This document shows positions 62,146 to 64,000 of a DNA stretch of 64,000 bases, one piece after another; position 1 is the stretch's first letter, and each line of letters starts with the position of its first letter. The DNA lies in NCBI GenBank assembly GCA_023434145.1, contig JAEYTI010000365.1, positions 1,001-65,000 on the forward strand, in the 5' to 3' direction. Source of the DNA: Chloroflexota bacterium (GTDB taxonomy: Bacteria; Chloroflexota; Anaerolineae; Anaerolineales; Anaerolineaceae). Below the pieces are notes generated by a model that searched no databases, had not been told where the DNA came from, and saw only the letters and a list, made by a program, of their open reading frames with translations. The position numbers and the translations under genes are program-made.

Positions 62146-62703
62146 TTACTCCTTGGTGAAGCGTTCCGCTTCCTCGGGTGTCAGGAAGCGCTCGAACTTC
62201 CAAACGCCTTGGTCGACAACAACCAGAACAAACGCCGTATCACTGGTCTTCTCGCTGCCGGGCATGGGTTGATTGAGCTCTACCTGCACTTTCCAGACTT
62301 GTGTGGCTGCGTTTTTGCGAGCCGAGGCGGTTCCCTCGCTGACTTTCTGGATGGCTCTGGCTTGCGCTGTGATCTCAAATGGCTGGTCGTCAAATGATTG
62401 CCACAGTTTTTCCGCGCCCAGCTTGTATAAGCTGCAGCCGGCCTGGGTTGCGGTTTCGCACAGCTTCGCCAGCCAGGCGTCTTTCCCAGACTGGCTGGCG
62501 AAGCTGAAAAATGCCTGAGTGCCATCCACAGCAGCCTCCGCACCCAGGCGGTCATCGGGAGGGAGCCGGTCGAATTCGCTGCCAGCTTGGTTTGGATCGA
62601 TGAGCGGCAGCCAGGAGCTGCGGGTCGAATAGGCGGCCCACGCTCCGGCCAGTAACAGGAGGAGAACCAAAACCTTGGGGAGAAAGTTGCTGAGTCGATG
62701 CAT
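62146..62703 (-). CDS. Signal-anchored or secreted hypothetical protein (185 aa); first gene of the supercluster
   Basis: N-terminus FLPKVLVLLLLLAGAWAAYS. GAGG lies 8 nt upstream. Confidence 0.6.
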   Translation of the reverse strand: MHRLSNFLPKVLVLLLLLAGAWAAYSTRSSWLPLIDPNQAGSEFDRLPPDDRLGAEAAVDGTQAFFSFASQSGKDAWLAKLCETATQAGCSLYKLGAEKLWQSFDDQPFEITAQARAIQKVSEGTASARKNAATQVWKVQVELNQPMPGSEKTSDTAFVLVVVDQGVWKFERFLTPEEAERFTKE

Positions 62704-62725
62704 GCGCTATACCTCGAAAATGGAA

Positions 62726-62776
62726 TCAAAAACGGCCCACGGGTGCTCGTGCTTCGGACGAGACACTACGTGGGCC
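62726..62776 (-). terminator. Intrinsic terminator located inside the leader, ~24 nt upstream of the first start codon of the supercluster
   Basis: On the - strand: GGCCCACG..CUCGU, loop ccgaagc, ACGAG..CGUGGGCC (about 16 paired positions), followed by GUUUUUGAUU. Confidence 0.55.
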
Positions 62777-62865
62777 GCTTCTGTAAGTGACGGGGAGACT
62801 ACAATGCCTGGTTGGGCAAACGGTAAAAACGATATGCGGCTATGGAATTGGTGCTATCAGGTCAT

Positions 62866-62894
62866 ATCATAACGGGGCGGAGAATCCATGTCAA
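62866..62894 (-). promoter_or_regulatory. Sigma70-type promoter upstream of the leader
   Basis: On the - strand: TTGACA (62889-62894), a 17-nt spacer, then TATGAT (62866-62871). Confidence 0.5.
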
Positions 62895-63292
62895 CCGCAT
62901 TGTTTGTAATCTAAGTTGATTACGTACATTTGTCAGGGTTTATTTGCATGAAATCATATATTGACTAGGAAGAGATTTTTATTGCGTGTCTAACTTCGCC
63001 TAACTTTCTTAAAGGATTCAACCTACTGATTCGAAGCGGAACGAGAGGAGGTCTATACGTACATATCGTGTTAATGTGTCTGGTGAAAAAGCAAATGTGC
63101 AGTTAGATTGTCCATATTGTACACTTTATTTGCACCCACTTGCACCACATTTTCATAAATCTTAACAAAAGGGAAGCATCACACTGGCCTCTTATTAGGG
63201 AGATCAGGTGTTCATATAACGCTACTTCTCACTTTTTATATCTTTAATTCTTATCGAAAATCGCACAGTTTTTAATCTATCAAAAGCGAATA

Positions 63293-64000
63293 TCACTTTC
63301 TATGCTTATGGCGCTTTCGTATCTTTTGGGGGGCCGCTTTATTTTTTCCTAGTTTAGAAAATAAATGCTGAAAGGCTGCTGTAATACCATTTGTATGGGC
63401 ATCAGTTAGCAACTCCAGTCGGATACGGAATTTCTCCTCATTACCCTGATCGCCTGCATGGTTGGCTTTTGTTACCAACTGTTGAAGAAGTTTGATTGTA
63501 GAAATTTGTAGTAATACGCTTTTCTGACGTTCCATAACTTGGCGAGTTTCGGTCCAGTTATTCGTGTTCAAAAAATCTGTCAACGCTTCAAACTCATTGG
63601 GCGACATAGCAACTATCCTGTTTGGTTCATCATTTATATTGGAAAATTTTTTTAAATAAGGAGACATTTGCATAAAAAGTTGCTGATCATTAGTATTGTT
63701 CTCTTCTTGGCCACCTCTCATTTTATTTAGTACTTTAAGATAATCTTCCACGGTAAGGCCTCTTTCATCAGTTTCTAGATTATGGGTTTCAAATAATGTA
63801 ATTGCTTTATTAAGAAGAAAAACGGCTTCCGTAACATTTTTAGTGCTAAAAAATTTCATAGTCGCCAGTTCAAAGAGGGTATGGATTTCAGATGCGATCA
63901 TACCTATCTGTTCATAAATTTGCAGCACCCGCTCCATAGTATCAATTGCAACTTCCATTTGACTTTCTCTATAATAGATTTCACTTAAGTTATGAAGAGT
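63293..64000 (-). CDS. Helical-repeat (TPR-like) protein; 5' part lies beyond the right edge
   Basis: The frame stays open from the track start (63958) to nt 64000 (..TLHNLSEIYYRESQMEVAID..). AT-rich DNA and a Lys/Arg-rich C-terminus. Confidence 0.5.
   Translation of the reverse strand, partial: TLHNLSEIYYRESQMEVAIDTMERVLQIYEQIGMIASEIHTLFELATMKFFSTKNVTEAVFLLNKAITLFETHNLETDERGLTVEDYLKVLNKMRGGQEENNTNDQQLFMQMSPYLKKFSNINDEPNRIVAMSPNEFEALTDFLNTNNWTETRQVMERQKSVLLQISTIKLLQQLVTKANHAGDQGNEEKFRIRLELLTDAHTNGITAAFQHLFSKLGKNKAAPQKIRKRHKHRK

Overview
This is a 64-kb, accessory-rich mosaic window. It probably comes from a monoderm, because the Tad locus has no secretin, but the taxon cannot be determined here. 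All homology calls are by-eye motif recognition; no searches were run. No rRNA, tRNA or CRISPR array was seen.

Contents from left to right:
1. 1-7.9 kb: the 3' half of a type 1 BREX operon (tail of a brxC-position ORF, pglX, pglZ, brxL).
2. 7.9-12.4 kb: four tandem genes that each carry a stand-alone copy of the PglX N-terminal domain fused to a different putative nucleic-acid-binding module. This is my top candidate for an undescribed system.
3. 12.4-24.7 kb: a visibly GC-richer, almost entirely minus-strand block. It encodes a DarB-like N6A-methyltransferase/SNF2-helicase fusion, DnaN, RadC, SSB, a SWIM-Rad52 annealase, a DEDDh exonuclease and very acidic small proteins. A conserved motif sits 21-23 nt upstream of three start codons. 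The block resembles a mobile-element leading or anti-defence region.
4. 24.8-26.1 kb: an IS4-family insertion sequence.
5. 26.7-39.5 kb: a TerY-P triad (vWA, PP2C, Ser/Thr kinase) flanked by three membrane-anchored zinc-ribbon proteins and a TolB-like propeller. Divergent from it are a 920-aa FtsK/HerA-like ATPase, a 58-aa helical protein, a disordered protein ending in a papain-like domain, and a 172-aa ORF.
6. 39.6-41.3 kb: an IS remnant carrying a nested, frameshifted ISAs1 element.
7. 41.8-43.9 kb: an SNase-LTD lipoprotein and an HD-GYP protein.
8. 44.7-62.7 kb: an ~18-kb minus-strand supercluster preceded by a promoter, a leader and an intrinsic terminator. It encodes four secreted or membrane proteins and a second FtsK/HerA-like ATPase (1185 aa, with a ~235-aa Ser/Thr/Gly/His-rich insert). 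These are followed by cpaB, tadZ, cpaF, tadB, tadC, an ICMT-family methyltransferase and a prepilin peptidase. The cluster ends with a 48-aa Flp-like pilin missing from the ORF track, TadE-like proteins and a 1001-aa Ig-repeat surface protein.
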